From assembly GCA_045659745.1 (NCBI GenBank), contig JAZRCL010000097.1:2881-66880 (forward strand): a DNA stretch of 64,000 bases, given 5' to 3'. Below are positions 26,731 through 35,933 of the stretch, piece by piece. Every line of letters starts with the position of its first letter. The first letter of the stretch is position 1. This DNA comes from Eubacteriales bacterium (lineage in GTDB: Bacteria; Bacillota; Clostridia; Oscillospirales; CAG-272). Made by a program: the position numbers and the translations under genes. The notes beneath the pieces were generated by a model. The model was not told where the DNA came from. It saw only the letters and a program-made list of their open reading frames with translations, and made no database searches.

Positions 26731-27888
26731 ATGAAAAAAACAATATTGACTATTTTTGTGCTATGTCTTACCGTGGCTTTACTGTCGGGATGCCTCTCTG
26801 CATACAGAGACGCACCAAAGGACGTTGGCAAAACCGACTATTCGGTTGATAAATACAGAACCACGATGCAGTTTTACGACGACTTCAAAATTCTGCAGCT
26901 GGCTGACCTCCACTTTGGAATTGAAAGCAATATAGCGCTTCAGCTTGATATCATCAAAAACGCAATCAGCGAAAGCTCGCCCGACCTCATTATTCTGACG
27001 GGTGATAATTTCATGTACGCCTCAAAGGGTGTGGTCGAAAGCCTTTTTTCATTCTTGAATCAGGAATGCAAGGCTCTCACAGAAAAAAGAGGCGGCCGTC
27101 TTACAAAGTTTGCGGTCACATTTGGAAATCACGACAATCAGGGCGATTACCCAAGATATTTTATAAATAACGTCATAAAGTCCTACGCGACTGTTGACGG
27201 GCGCGAGATTGCAGACTCAAAATACGCCGCTTTTGTGGACTACGAGGACGACAATCTGTTCGGTATGACTAATTATTATATTGACCTTGTTGATGACATA
27301 ACAAAATCTTCCGATGAGGTTGACGTCAAATACAGAATACATCTTATAGACTCAAACACCTATCACTACATGGGGCTTGATTATGACTACGACGTCATTC
27401 ACCCAGAGCAGCTTGAGCACGCCAACGAAATATTCCGGGACGCGACCAAGGACCAAGACTATATAGGACTTGCGTTTTTCCATATTCCCTTTTACGAGTA
27501 TCAAAAGGCTTGGGAGCAGTATCTTGCCGCCGAGGATCCGTCGCTCGTGGGTCAGGGTGAATGTCGCGAGCACGCGCTTTACGGTTATGAGAATAACGGT
27601 GCCTACCAAAAGCTCCGCGAGGCAAACATTCTCGCCTTTTTCTGCGGACACGACCATATAAACCACGGCGATTTTATCTACAACGCTCAAAGTGACAGTA
27701 TAGACGACAAGGCTATTTTTTCGTACGGCGTCAAGGCGACGAATCAGCTTTATCACGACACAGACATGATAGGCTATAAAACCATAACTCTTAAGGACGG
27801 TACCACCAAAGAGGAGTTTGTTTCAATAGAAAATATCAAAGAGAATTTTGTAAATATAACGGGAGGGTATGAGCATTATGAAGACTAA
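26731..27888 (+). CDS. Metallophosphoesterase lipoprotein
   Basis: Lipobox LLSGC; calcineurin-like motifs LADLHFG, GDNF, GNHDN, GHDH. Confidence 0.85.
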   Translation: MKKTILTIFVLCLTVALLSGCLSAYRDAPKDVGKTDYSVDKYRTTMQFYDDFKILQLADLHFGIESNIALQLDIIKNAISESSPDLIILTGDNFMYASKGVVESLFSFLNQECKALTEKRGGRLTKFAVTFGNHDNQGDYPRYFINNVIKSYATVDGREIADSKYAAFVDYEDDNLFGMTNYYIDLVDDITKSSDEVDVKYRIHLIDSNTYHYMGLDYDYDVIHPEQLEHANEIFRDATKDQDYIGLAFFHIPFYEYQKAWEQYLAAEDPSLVGQGECREHALYGYENNGAYQKLREANILAFFCGHDHINHGDFIYNAQSDSIDDKAIFSYGVKATNQLYHDTDMIGYKTITLKDGTTKEEFVSIENIKENFVNITGGYEHYED

Positions 27889-28822
27889 TCTTAAAAACAG
27901 ACTGACAAATGCCTTTACCTGTATTGCCCTGTTGTTTGCTTGCTTTTTTATGTATGACTTTTATAAGTGCCTGTCGGGCTTTATTGCAAATGGCTTCAGA
28001 GAGCCGTCGGTTATGCTCCCAATGGTGCTTTCATATCTTTTGCCCGTTATTTGCTTTCTTTACTACTTCTATGATTTTTATGTAAAGGACACAAAAAAGG
28101 CGGCTAAAATCATTTATAGCGTATTTGTAATTATATACGCGGCGGTTTGCTTGGTTTTTGTTTTCAAAAATATAGAGCTTTATATAAGCAACAACAGTTT
28201 CGGCGTTTATGACGCTTTGCCGAGCATTTTTATGCACTTCCCCTACGATGTAATTATCATTCACTTTGTATTGATCGCGCTTCAGATATTTAATATCGTG
28301 ACGGCAATCCTGCCAGAGTCACAGGCGGCAAAATTCAGGGAAGGTCTTAAAATGGCGGGAACATTCAAGCTGTGTGTTTTGGAATACATCCCTCTTTGTG
28401 TACTTGCAATAGTGGTATTTGTATTCAGCGGTGCGTCAATATATGCAACGTTCAGCTCGTTTGACAACGCTTTTTACGATTTCAGATATATTTTTCTTCT
28501 TTTGTGGGTGTTTATCACGCCTATGATGAATCTCGGTTTCTTGGTGTTCAAGCCCGAAAAGAGAGATTTTTCGGCAAAGGCAAAGATAATTGCGCTTGGC
28601 TCGGGAATAGCCGTAAATTTGATTTTCGGTGTCCTGCTTTTGATTTTTGAGCGCACCTACCCCGACTTTATGGTTCATATCGGAAAGCCCCTTTTCCTTA
28701 TCGCATTCTCGGTCTCATTACCTATCGAGATGGGTGTTATACTCGGAATTATGGCGATTGGAACTATCGCGCTTTGCGTAAAGCTGATATCCGTACTTGC
28801 TAAAAAAGCAAAGGCTGAATAA
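27878..28822 (+). CDS. Multi-pass membrane protein, function unknown
   Basis: ORF 27869..28822. The second ATG (27878) is better spaced from GGGAGGG. About 8 TM segments; translationally coupled to the upstream phosphoesterase. Confidence 0.7.
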   Translation: MKTNLKNRLTNAFTCIALLFACFFMYDFYKCLSGFIANGFREPSVMLPMVLSYLLPVICFLYYFYDFYVKDTKKAAKIIYSVFVIIYAAVCLVFVFKNIELYISNNSFGVYDALPSIFMHFPYDVIIIHFVLIALQIFNIVTAILPESQAAKFREGLKMAGTFKLCVLEYIPLCVLAIVVFVFSGASIYATFSSFDNAFYDFRYIFLLLWVFITPMMNLGFLVFKPEKRDFSAKAKIIALGSGIAVNLIFGVLLLIFERTYPDFMVHIGKPLFLIAFSVSLPIEMGVILGIMAIGTIALCVKLISVLAKKAKAE

Positions 28823-28853
28823 AAATATAACCACGGGAAATCAGGAGATTTTA

Positions 28854-29600
28854 ATGCTTAATATAAACAAAATCAAAACTCTTTCGGGCACGGATATATA
28901 TTGGAATTTGATTGTGGACTCAACCAACACCCAAGCGCGCAAAAAAATTTTTGAGGGCGCGCGTCTTCCCTTTACGTATATTGCGGACAGACAAACGGCG
29001 GGCAGAGGTCGCATGGGTAGAAAATTTTATAGTCGCGGCGGTGGAATTTATATGTCCTTTGCCTTTAAGTCAAGCTCTATGTGCAGCTCGGTGTCCGTCA
29101 CCACGGCGGCTGCCACCGCGGTCACAAAGGCTCTTTATGAGTGCTGCGAGGGCGACTTTCAAATAAAATGGGTCAACGATATATATCAAAACGGCAAAAA
29201 GGTCTGCGGAATTCTCACCGAGGCAGTTTCGGGTATGGGTGAGGAAAGCTATATTATCGTCGGCATCGGAATAAACGTGGGAAAGACCAATTTCCACAAG
29301 GAAATTCGCGATATTGCGGGCTCGGTCACCTTAAAGTCTGAAAAGGAAGAGCTTATTGCAAAAATTATAAGCCTTTTGTGTGAGTTTGCAGGCGATGTGT
29401 CGGACCGCTCGTATATGGAGTTTTACCGAGAGCATTTTATGCTCATTGGTGAGAACGTCAGCGCAGTATGCGACGGCGAGACAGTCTGCGGATGCGTTGC
29501 AGGTGTGGATGACGATGGAGGGCTGCTGCTTTTGCGCGACGGGGAAACCGCTCCGACAAGAATTTTCAGCGGAGAGGTCACCATTCGCCCCGCAAATTGA
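28854..29600 (+). CDS. birA: Biotin--[acetyl-CoA-carboxylase] ligase (class I, no HTH domain)
   Basis: ORF 28797..29600; ATG 28854 follows AGGAG. GRGRMGRKFYS and KWVNDIY motifs. Confidence 0.9.
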   Translation: MLNINKIKTLSGTDIYWNLIVDSTNTQARKKIFEGARLPFTYIADRQTAGRGRMGRKFYSRGGGIYMSFAFKSSSMCSSVSVTTAAATAVTKALYECCEGDFQIKWVNDIYQNGKKVCGILTEAVSGMGEESYIIVGIGINVGKTNFHKEIRDIAGSVTLKSEKEELIAKIISLLCEFAGDVSDRSYMEFYREHFMLIGENVSAVCDGETVCGCVAGVDDDGGLLLLRDGETAPTRIFSGEVTIRPAN

Positions 29601-29621
29601 TTGTCAAATGCTTAAATACTA

Positions 29622-29649
29622 TTGACATTGGAAAAAATAGTGATATAAT
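29622..29649 (+). promoter_or_regulatory. Sigma-A-type promoter driving the THF riboswitch-folT-folC transcript
   Basis: TTGACA (29622-29627), 16 nt, TGaTATAAT (hexamer 29644-29649). Confidence 0.65.
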
Positions 29650-29673
29650 AATCTTGTGGAAAACCACGAATTT

Positions 29674-29786
29674 TGAAGAGTAAAAATCAAGGCGTAAGTG
29701 CCGCGAGGACGGGGAGTTGTCTTGCGGACGAATTTTGATGGTGCTTATGGCGCATCAATGCGGTCTTGGTTTTGCATCCCGCTTCA
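29674..29786 (+). promoter_or_regulatory. THF (tetrahydrofolate, folT-motif) riboswitch aptamer
   Basis: Aligns by eye to the E. siraeum THF aptamer: GAGUA..GCGUAAGUG..GGGGAGUUGU..ACGAA..GCAUCCCGCUUCA. P1 UGAAG/CUUCA, P2 AAAAUCAAGG/UCUUGGUUUU, P3 CCGCGAG/CUUGCGG all pair. Sits upstream of folT. Confidence 0.8.
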
Positions 29787-29810
29787 TACGGCACTAAATA
29801 AGGCAAATTT

Positions 29811-29843
29811 TACCTTCTTTCTGCCCTATGGCGAGAGGAGGTA
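29811..29843 (+). promoter_or_regulatory. RBS-sequestering hairpin (likely riboswitch expression platform)
   Basis: TACCTTCTTT (29811-29820) pairs with AGAGGAGGTA (29834-29843, two G-U), occluding the GAGGAGG Shine-Dalgarno 7 nt before the ATG at 29850. Confidence 0.55.
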
Positions 29844-29849
29844 TTTTTT

Positions 29850-31673
29850 ATGCAAAAAAAATCAAAACGACTTCTTTTCGGCAGTCTTAAAATTATGGCT
29901 TGTGCCGCAATTCTGGCGGGTATGAGTATCGTGCTTGGGAAATTCCTTGCATTCAATCTCACGCCGTCCATCCGCATAAGCTTTGAAAACCTGCCCGTGA
30001 TAATCTCGGGCGTGTTCTTCGGCCCGATAGTCGGCGCGGCGGTTGGCGCCGTGGCAGATCTGCTCGGTTGCGTGATGGTTGGGTACACTATAAACCCGAT
30101 AATCACGGCGGGCGCGGCTTGTATCGGTCTTATCAGCGGTCTTATTCCGCTTATATTCAAGAAAAAGAATGTTCTCTGCGTAGTTTTGTCTGTGTCCCTC
30201 GCGCATTTGCTCGGATCGGTCATAATCAAAACAGTAGGACTTTCAGTCTTTTATACCCTCCCGCTTGTCGAGACGGGACTTTGGAGGCTTTTGACGTACA
30301 CCGCCGTTGGCGCGGCAGAGTGCGTGGTGATCTGTCTGCTTTGTAAAAGCTCGGCGTTTACACGACAGGTCGAGAATCTGCTCCCGAGAGAAAGGAAAAA
30401 TCAAATGACGTACAATGAGGCTCTTGAATATATACATTCGGTATGCTGGAAGGGCTCGCGCCCCGGACTTGAGCGCACGACAGAATTGCTTGAGAAAATG
30501 GGAAATCCGCAGGACAAGCTCAAGTTTATCCACGTGGCGGGAACTAACGGCAAGGGCTCGTTTTGCTCGATGACGGCAAATATTCTGACGCACGCAGGCT
30601 ACAAGGTGGGGCTTTACACGTCTCCCTTCGTATTGCGCTTTAACGAGCGCATGAAAATAAACGGTCAGGATATTCCCGACACAGAGCTTGCAAAAATTAC
30701 TGAATTTGTCAAGCCATATGCCGACTCTATGACAGACTCCCCCACAGAGTTTGAGCTTATAACCGCGATAGCTTTTGAATATTTTGCAAGGCAAAATTGC
30801 GACATCGTGGTGCTTGAATGCGGAATGGGAGGCAGACTTGACTCCACAAACATCATAAAATCCCCTCTCTTATCTGTAATAACGGGAATTTCCTTTGACC
30901 ACACGGCGTTTCTCGGGGACACGATTCCCCAAATAGCAAGAGAAAAGGCGGGCATTATAAAAGAAAATATCCCCGTCTTGTTCTGCTCGGACAATACCGA
31001 GGCGGCAGATGTCATAAAAGCCACGGCAGACGAGCGCGGCTCAAAATATTTTGAGGTAGACAGAAGCTTGTTTACGCTCAAAAACACAAGTCTTGACGGC
31101 TCAACCTTTGATTTTGGCAGTTATACTAATGTCAAAATCCCCTTGCTCGGCTCATATCAGCCGCACAACGCCTGCAACGTCTTGAGCGCAGTATCTATAC
31201 TCAAAAACTTGGGGCTTGAAATTCCCAATGAGGCTATATACGACGGTCTTGCAAATGTCGAGTGGAGAGCAAGATTTGAAAAGCTGTGTGATTCCCCCAC
31301 AATAATTTCAGACGGCGGACACAACCCCGAGGGAATTGATGCGGCTATAGAGAGCGTAAAGCTTTATTTTGCCGACAAAAAGGTGATTTTAGTCACGGGC
31401 GTTATGGCAGACAAGGATTACAACTATATGGCACAGAAAATGAGCGAGGTTGCATCATTCGCCTTCACTGTCACTCCCGACAACCCTCGCGCCCTGCCCG
31501 CACAGGCTTTTGCGGCGACCTTTGAAAGCCTTGGCATTTCTGCGACTCCCTGCGAGAGCGTTGCCGACGCGATAAATCTTGCCAAGCAAAAGGCACTTGA
31601 GGAAAACAGACCTATAATCTGCCTCGGCTCGCTGTATATGTACTGCGAGGTCTACAAGGCGATTGAGAAATAA
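29850..31673 (+). CDS. folC: In-frame fusion: folate ECF-transporter S component (FolT) + folylpolyglutamate/dihydrofolate synthase (FolC)
   Basis: Residues 1 to about 180 are membrane (RISFENLPVIISGVFFGP..GAAVGAVADLLG, FolT-like). From MTYNEALEYIH (ATG 30405) onward it is FolC, with the HVAGTNGKGS P-loop. No stop codon between the two parts. Confidence 0.9.
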   Translation: MQKKSKRLLFGSLKIMACAAILAGMSIVLGKFLAFNLTPSIRISFENLPVIISGVFFGPIVGAAVGAVADLLGCVMVGYTINPIITAGAACIGLISGLIPLIFKKKNVLCVVLSVSLAHLLGSVIIKTVGLSVFYTLPLVETGLWRLLTYTAVGAAECVVICLLCKSSAFTRQVENLLPRERKNQMTYNEALEYIHSVCWKGSRPGLERTTELLEKMGNPQDKLKFIHVAGTNGKGSFCSMTANILTHAGYKVGLYTSPFVLRFNERMKINGQDIPDTELAKITEFVKPYADSMTDSPTEFELITAIAFEYFARQNCDIVVLECGMGGRLDSTNIIKSPLLSVITGISFDHTAFLGDTIPQIAREKAGIIKENIPVLFCSDNTEAADVIKATADERGSKYFEVDRSLFTLKNTSLDGSTFDFGSYTNVKIPLLGSYQPHNACNVLSAVSILKNLGLEIPNEAIYDGLANVEWRARFEKLCDSPTIISDGGHNPEGIDAAIESVKLYFADKKVILVTGVMADKDYNYMAQKMSEVASFAFTVTPDNPRALPAQAFAATFESLGISATPCESVADAINLAKQKALEENRPIICLGSLYMYCEVYKAIEK

Positions 31674-31712
31674 TAAAAAAAGCATCTCCCGCGTCTGTGG
31701 GAGATGCTTTTT
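31674..31712. terminator. Bidirectional terminator between convergent folC and the DHHW gene
   Basis: AGCATCTCCC-GCGTCTGT-GGGAGATGCT flanked by A7 and T-run. Confidence 0.85.
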
Positions 31713-31714
31713 AG

Positions 31715-32977
31715 TTATCCTATAATATCCTCTATCTGTCCTATCTTGGACTCGGTCGAGGTTGTGGAGATGTAATTGAGGAAAAGCACGTCTTCTATGT
31801 CATTATCCTCAACGAAATCAATAAGATTTCCGTCGAAATATCTGTAGTCTATAACGTAAACATACTCATACGAGTCCACAAGGAACGGCACGAATGCGTT
31901 TCCATAGGACTCCTTTATCACGACTATGGACGAGCCGTCCTTGATGTCTTTGTTGTGAATTGTAGACACGGGGTTGTCGCCGCCGATAAAGCACATATAC
32001 TTGTTCGCCGCGCTATATTTGCCCGCGCCCTTATAAACTATGGCATATTCCGTCTGCTTGCCGTCCTTGGTGGTCGCGGTCAAAACGTTAGTTCCGTTGG
32101 GCACGAATGCCTCAACGTAGTCAGGATTATTTTTGAGCGTCTTATTCTGCCCCGACTGCGAGTAGAACGTGCCGAGGAAGTCCTCAAATTCAAGCCTTGT
32201 ATAGTCCTCAAGGGGTGTGGGTTTGATTCCCTTCTCCTCGCAGAACGCAAGGTATGCGTAATATGCGCCGCGAGCCGTCCAGTGGTGGTCGGTTCTGAAG
32301 TAAATGTACTCGTCCCTATGAGCAAGAAGCTGAGGGTGTATATCCACCGCCGTGACATTCTTGTCAAGCCCGCTGTAAATATAGTTCATAACGTCCACGC
32401 AGTCCGACGCGCCTACCTGAGCTATCTGCTCGTCTGTGAGCTTATATGTATAGTGAAGCGGCACGACCATATTATAGACATTCACTCCGCTGCCGAGTTT
32501 GTCCGCCGCGTCATTTATAGCCGAAATATATCTATCGTTTACGGACTTTCTGTTATAAAAAATTTCATATGCAGTCTTTGTATCGTTCTGTATCCAGATG
32601 CCGCCGAAATTCTCAACCGCTCCGCCGTTCTCAATGGTGGTATTTCCGCCCGAGGGAATTATGAGCTGGTCCTCGCGGTCTCCGTACATTGACTGAATGC
32701 CCGAGTTTGCATTTATCATAGACTCGCGCAACGGATAAGTATCCGAATACCAAAGGCTTATCTGCGAAAAATAATCGCCAGAGAAGAATGACTCAAAGCT
32801 AAATTTTGGGAACTCGGTGAGATTTCTCTTCTCGTTTTCGGAGTACGTCGGCCTAAAAAAGAAGCAGAGTCCGACCACCGCGAAAACACAAATGATTGCA
32901 ACCGAGGATATTATTTTTATCAGGTGGGTCTTATTTTCAAACCCACGCGTATTTTCCTTGCTAAATATTTCTTTCAT
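31715..32977 (-). CDS. DHHW-family (AlgX/AlgJ-like) extracytoplasmic O-acetyltransferase partner protein
   Basis: N-terminal TM anchor and the eponymous RTDHHWTARGAYYAY motif. Confidence 0.85.
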   Translation of the reverse strand: MKEIFSKENTRGFENKTHLIKIISSVAIICVFAVVGLCFFFRPTYSENEKRNLTEFPKFSFESFFSGDYFSQISLWYSDTYPLRESMINANSGIQSMYGDREDQLIIPSGGNTTIENGGAVENFGGIWIQNDTKTAYEIFYNRKSVNDRYISAINDAADKLGSGVNVYNMVVPLHYTYKLTDEQIAQVGASDCVDVMNYIYSGLDKNVTAVDIHPQLLAHRDEYIYFRTDHHWTARGAYYAYLAFCEEKGIKPTPLEDYTRLEFEDFLGTFYSQSGQNKTLKNNPDYVEAFVPNGTNVLTATTKDGKQTEYAIVYKGAGKYSAANKYMCFIGGDNPVSTIHNKDIKDGSSIVVIKESYGNAFVPFLVDSYEYVYVIDYRYFDGNLIDFVEDNDIEDVLFLNYISTTSTESKIGQIEDIIG

Positions 32978-32989
32978 TATATATACCCA

Positions 32990-34411
32990 TCAAAATTGGA
33001 AGTAAATAAAGGGGTTGTAGCTGTCTCCCGCGAGAGCCAGGAGCGACAGTATTATAAGTACGGCTGGGGCAACCGCTGAAATTACAAGCTTTACTTTCTT
33101 TGCGCGATTGTTTCCGTCAAGAAGCTTTGAAACACAAGGCACTATCGGCGTGCAGGCAAGCACGCATACTATAAGGAAGAATATATTTCCTAAAAACTCG
33201 CTCTTGACCTGCATATTTGAAAAGGCATTGCCGTTTCCGCAGAAAATCCCGATAAATGCACAGCCAAAATCCGAAAGACTTGTGAATTTAAAAAGCATCG
33301 TGCCGAAGAACACAATGACGAGCGTATAGAGTGTTCTGGGTATTCTTGTAATCGCCGTAGGCTGCTTTTTGAATCTTAACACAAACTTTTCAAGCGCGAG
33401 GAACACAAAATAGAATATTCCCCAAAGCACAAAGTTCCACGACGCGCCGTGCCAAAATCCCGTGAGCGCCCACACTATAAAGAGGTTCAAAATATGTCTC
33501 GGAATAGAAACTCTGTTTCCACCGAGCGGTATGTAAACGTAATCGCGGAAGAACGAGGACAGCGACATATGCCAACGGCGCCAGAAGTCTGTCACTGAAT
33601 GAGCCACGTAGGGATAGTTGAAGTTTTCCTTATAGTGCAAGCCCACCATAAGACCCATACCTATTGCCATATCCGAGTATGCCGAGAAGTCGAGGTAAAG
33701 CTGGAGCGCGTAAGCAAAAATTCCCAAAATTATACCGAGCGAGGACTGATTTCCAAGTCCGTCAAGCACAAGCAAACTGTCGGCAATAGCCGCGCATCCG
33801 TTTGCAAGCACCGCCTTTTTAGCAAGTCCCACGGAAAATCTCGTAAATCCCGTGGAAATACCCTCAAGCGTCATCTGTCTGTTTTCAAGCTCGGCAGTTA
33901 CGTCCGAATAGCGCACGATAGGGCCCGCGATACACTGATGGAAAAGCGAAGCGTAAAGCAGGAGCATCCAGTATTTTTTCTGCGCCTTGGTCTCGCGTCT
34001 GTATACGTCTATAACGTAAGAGACAAGCTGGAAAGTATAAAAGGATATTCCAATGGGCAAAACTATCGAGGGCGCGGTCGCGTCAAGATTGAACAGACTT
34101 ATAAAGTTGCTCGCGAAAAATCCCGTGTACTTAAAGAATATCAAAAGCCCGAGACAGACAAGCACCGTTACCCATGTATGTGCCAGACGTTGCTTTTTCT
34201 CTTTTGTGACGTCAATTATTCTCGCGCCAATATAGCAAATAAAGGTCTCAAGGCAGAGCAAAAGGCACAGGACGGGACCGCCCCATGCATAAAATATAAG
34301 AGATGAAACCAAAAGCACTATATTTTTCTGCTTCATCGTTTTTGCGAGGAGGTAAATTCCATAGCAAATAACAAGGAAAACCAGAACAAAAAACATACTT
34401 GAAAATACCAT
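32990..34411 (-). CDS. MBOAT family O-acyltransferase (AlgI/DltB-like)
   Basis: 473 aa polytopic protein with FWRRWHMSLSSFFRDYVYIPLGGN, the conserved MBOAT histidine region. Confidence 0.9.
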   Translation of the reverse strand: MVFSSMFFVLVFLVICYGIYLLAKTMKQKNIVLLVSSLIFYAWGGPVLCLLLCLETFICYIGARIIDVTKEKKQRLAHTWVTVLVCLGLLIFFKYTGFFASNFISLFNLDATAPSIVLPIGISFYTFQLVSYVIDVYRRETKAQKKYWMLLLYASLFHQCIAGPIVRYSDVTAELENRQMTLEGISTGFTRFSVGLAKKAVLANGCAAIADSLLVLDGLGNQSSLGIILGIFAYALQLYLDFSAYSDMAIGMGLMVGLHYKENFNYPYVAHSVTDFWRRWHMSLSSFFRDYVYIPLGGNRVSIPRHILNLFIVWALTGFWHGASWNFVLWGIFYFVFLALEKFVLRFKKQPTAITRIPRTLYTLVIVFFGTMLFKFTSLSDFGCAFIGIFCGNGNAFSNMQVKSEFLGNIFFLIVCVLACTPIVPCVSKLLDGNNRAKKVKLVISAVAPAVLIILSLLALAGDSYNPFIYFQF

Positions 34412-34480
34412 TATGCCCGCCCTGACCGTCTAAAAATTTGTGGCTTATCGCCTACGTTTATTTTACCATTTTCGCTCCTC

Positions 34481-34540
34481 TTTTTCAAGGGGCGGACGTA
34501 TAAACTTTTTGAAAACTTTGCAAAAAACTTTTGCCCGCAA
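34481..34540. repeat. Possible degenerate fifth copy of the GGGGAAAC-palindrome repeat family
   Basis: TTTTTCAAGGGGCGG...TTTTGCCCGCAA resembles the ends of the reverse-oriented copies (TTTTTGGAAGGGGTGCGG...TTTCCCCGCAA), but the centre is eroded. Confidence 0.3.
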
Positions 34541-34562
34541 AACGAAAAATGACTTTAGCTTG

Positions 34563-34591
34563 TTGAAATGCGTAAATTTTTATGCTATAAT
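34563..34591 (+). promoter_or_regulatory. Sigma-A-type promoter for the phosphodiesterase gene
   Basis: TTGAAA (34563-34568), 17 nt, TGcTATAAT (hexamer 34586-34591). Confidence 0.55.
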
Positions 34592-34625
34592 ACAGGTGAG
34601 AAAAATAAATAAGGCGGTAAACTCA

Positions 34626-35174
34626 ATGAAACTACTCATAGCATCAGATATACACGGCGACGCAGTATGCTGTCAGAAATTGCTCGACGCGGCAGACTCC
34701 CACGGTGTTGACAAAATAGTTCTGCTTGGAGATATTCTCTACCACGGCCCGCGCAACGACCTGCCCGAAAATTACGCACCGAAAACGGTCATAGAAATGC
34801 TCAATCAAAATTCCGAAAAGCTCTTGTGTGTCAAGGGAAACTGCGAGGCAGAGGTTGACGGAATGGTGCTATCTTTTCCCGTCCTTTCAGACTTTGGTTG
34901 GATATACGACAGCAAAAAAAGCATATCTATGTATCTCTCCCACGGACATAAATTCAACCCCGAAAATCTCCCTCCGCTACCCGAAGGCTCAGTATTTCTC
35001 TACGGTCACACGCACCTGCTTGGCTTCGTAAAAAAGGCTGGCATCCTCTGTCTCAATCCCGGCTCGGTAAGTCTACCCAAGGGCGGCAACCCAAAGTCTT
35101 TTGCAATATACGACGACGGCGAATTTTGCATCTTTTCGCTTGACGGAGCGCTCATTGACGCCCAAAAGCTATAA
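34626..35174 (+). CDS. YfcE/MJ0936-family metallophosphodiesterase
   Basis: ORF 34440..35174 begins at GTG inside the promoter; ATG 34626 (MKLLIASDIHGD) preferred. Motifs GDILYHGPRN, GNCE, HGH, GHTH. Confidence 0.85.
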   Translation: MKLLIASDIHGDAVCCQKLLDAADSHGVDKIVLLGDILYHGPRNDLPENYAPKTVIEMLNQNSEKLLCVKGNCEAEVDGMVLSFPVLSDFGWIYDSKKSISMYLSHGHKFNPENLPPLPEGSVFLYGHTHLLGFVKKAGILCLNPGSVSLPKGGNPKSFAIYDDGEFCIFSLDGALIDAQKL

Positions 35175-35202
35175 AAAATTTAGGCTTTATCCAATTGACC
35201 TA

Positions 35203-35231
35203 TTGACAATTTTTTTCTGTCGTGATATAAT
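35203..35231 (+). promoter_or_regulatory. Sigma-A-type promoter for efp
   Basis: TTGACA (35203-35208), 17 nt, TGaTATAAT (hexamer 35226-35231). Confidence 0.65.
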
Positions 35232-35286
35232 GAAATGTAAATATATACGTAAAAACACAAGTATCTAATTTTGGAGGTATAAAACA

Positions 35287-35844
35287 ATGGTAGTAGCCGG
35301 CGATTTTAAGAATGGCATTACATTTGAAATGGACGGTAACGTATTCCAGGTTATCGAGTTCCAGCACGTTAAGCCCGGTAAGGGTGCCGCTTTCGTTCGT
35401 ACGAAGCTTAAGAACGTAATCACAGGTGCGGTTGTTGAAAAGACATTCAGCCCCACAGACAAGTATGAAAACGCATATATCGAGAGAAAGGACATGCAGT
35501 ACTCCTACACTGACGGTGACCTTTACTACTTCATGGACATGGAGACATTCGATATGCTTCCCCTTAACAGAGACAAGCTCGGTGATGCTTTCAAGTTCGT
35601 TAAGGAAGAAATGATGTGCAAGATCATCTCCTACAAGGGCAACGTATTCGGAGTTGAGCCTCCTACATTCGTTGAGCTTGAGGTTACAGAGACAGACCCC
35701 GGATTTGCAGGCAACACAGCTACAAACACACTCAAGCCCGCAACTCTTGAGACAGGCGCAGTAATCAAGGTTCCGCTCTTCATCAACGTTGGTGACGTTC
35801 TCAAGATCGATACTCGCGACGGTCAGTATCTCTCCAGAGCTTAA
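35287..35844 (+). CDS. efp: Elongation factor P
   Basis: 185 aa; [20 protein letters not shown] with the conserved modified-Lys loop. GGAGG RBS. Confidence 0.97.
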   Translation: MVVAGDFKNGITFEMDGNVFQVIEFQHVKPGKGAAFVRTKLKNVITGAVVEKTFSPTDKYENAYIERKDMQYSYTDGDLYYFMDMETFDMLPLNRDKLGDAFKFVKEEMMCKIISYKGNVFGVEPPTFVELEVTETDPGFAGNTATNTLKPATLETGAVIKVPLFINVGDVLKIDTRDGQYLSRA

Positions 35845-35871
35845 TTTTAGGCAAATAAAAGCTGAAAAACT

Positions 35872-35907
35872 CGGGAAATCCATACTATACGTGGATTTCC
35901 CGTTTTC
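35872..35907 (+). terminator. Hairpin + T-run between efp and the downstream acidic protein gene (terminator or attenuator)
   Basis: CGGGAAATCCA (35872-35882) pairs with TGGATTTCCCG (35892-35902), then TTTTC. Confidence 0.65.
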
Positions 35908-35933
35908 AAAATAAAAAAAGGAAGGTATAAAAA

